A stretch of DNA of 5,022 nt from a virus, in the IMG/VR virus record IMGVR_UViG_3300025892_000007, one strand, 5' to 3'. The notes beneath the pieces were generated by a model. That model had not been told where the DNA came from and searched no databases. It saw only the letters and a list, made by a program, of their open reading frames with translations. Of this stretch, positions 4,887 through 5,022 are shown in pieces (position 1 is the stretch's first letter; each line of letters starts with the position of its first letter). Position numbers and translations under genes: made by a program.

Positions 4887-5022
4887 ATGGATATACACTT
4901 CAAAGAAGGAACACCCTATACAGGATTAAAAGCAGTGACATACCAAGGCATGTTCATATGCGCAGAAATATTCAATAAACATCAATTCCCATTAGTCATC
5001 ACGTCAACATCAGACGGTCAAC
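4887..5022 (+). CDS. 5' end of the M15 peptidase gene (true start codon), truncated by the window end; from 4896 on it duplicates 1-127
   Basis: ATG 4887 is the first ATG after the in-frame stop at 4812-4814. It reads MDIHFKEGTPYTGLKAVTYQGMFICAEIF..., continuous with frame 1 at the window start. Confidence 0.8.
   Translation, partial: MDIHFKEGTPYTGLKAVTYQGMFICAEIFNKHQFPLVITSTSDGQ
4896..5022. repeat. Terminal redundancy, copy 2 (identical to 1-127)
   Basis: See copy 1. There are no mismatches. Confidence 0.97.

Noticed and set aside
4689-4898. Minus-strand ORF, 69 aa, the only track ORF in this interval
   Set aside because: It starts at a GTG with no SD. It is antisense to the + strand 51-aa ORF, which has a strong SD, genome-typical codon usage and a stop 2 nt before the peptidase start. 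The + strand reading is preferred.
1-5022. tRNA, rRNA, CRISPR array, integrase or transposase
   Set aside because: None seen. There are no spaced direct repeats, no cloverleaf-like segments in the short non-coding regions, and the gene complement is fully accounted for by microvirus functions.

Overview
This window is one complete circular genome of a Gokushovirinae-type microvirus (Microviridae, small ssDNA phage), written out linearly. Bases 1-127 repeat exactly at 4896-5022, so the unit genome is 4,895 nt. All credible genes lie on the + strand, which is visibly A-rich and G-poor, and they are tightly packed. In order they are: an M15-family peptidase that wraps the junction (ATG 4887, stop 306); a 36-aa very basic J/ORF8-like peptide (309-419, absent from the ORF track); replication initiator VP4 (423-1406); a VP5-like small protein (1406-1657); major capsid VP1 (1657-3243); pilot/minor capsid VP2 (3243-4061); and scaffold VP3 (4072-4485). 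The only sizeable non-coding region (4486-4728) follows, with a rho-independent terminator and two abutting hairpins. After it comes a 51-aa ORF with a strong SD (4729-4884, absent from the track), which ends 2 nt before the peptidase ATG. Four things deserve a second look. (1) A zinc M15 cell-wall peptidase with no signal peptide sits in a phage group not known to use endolysins. (2) A 93-codon, Leu-rich, two-TM-like ORF (2549-2830) is overprinted in the +1 frame of VP1, exactly where VP1 switches from A/C-ending to T-ending codons. This mirrors the phiX174 E-in-D arrangement and is a candidate holin or lysis partner. (3) The strongest hairpin in the intergenic region displays ACTTGAT in its loop, which matches the core of the phiX174 gene A nick site and makes it a candidate origin. 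(4) A second codon-usage patch in VP2 has no overlapping ORF, which suggests mosaicism and tempers point (2). The function of the overprinted ORF and the origin assignment are inferences from sequence only.
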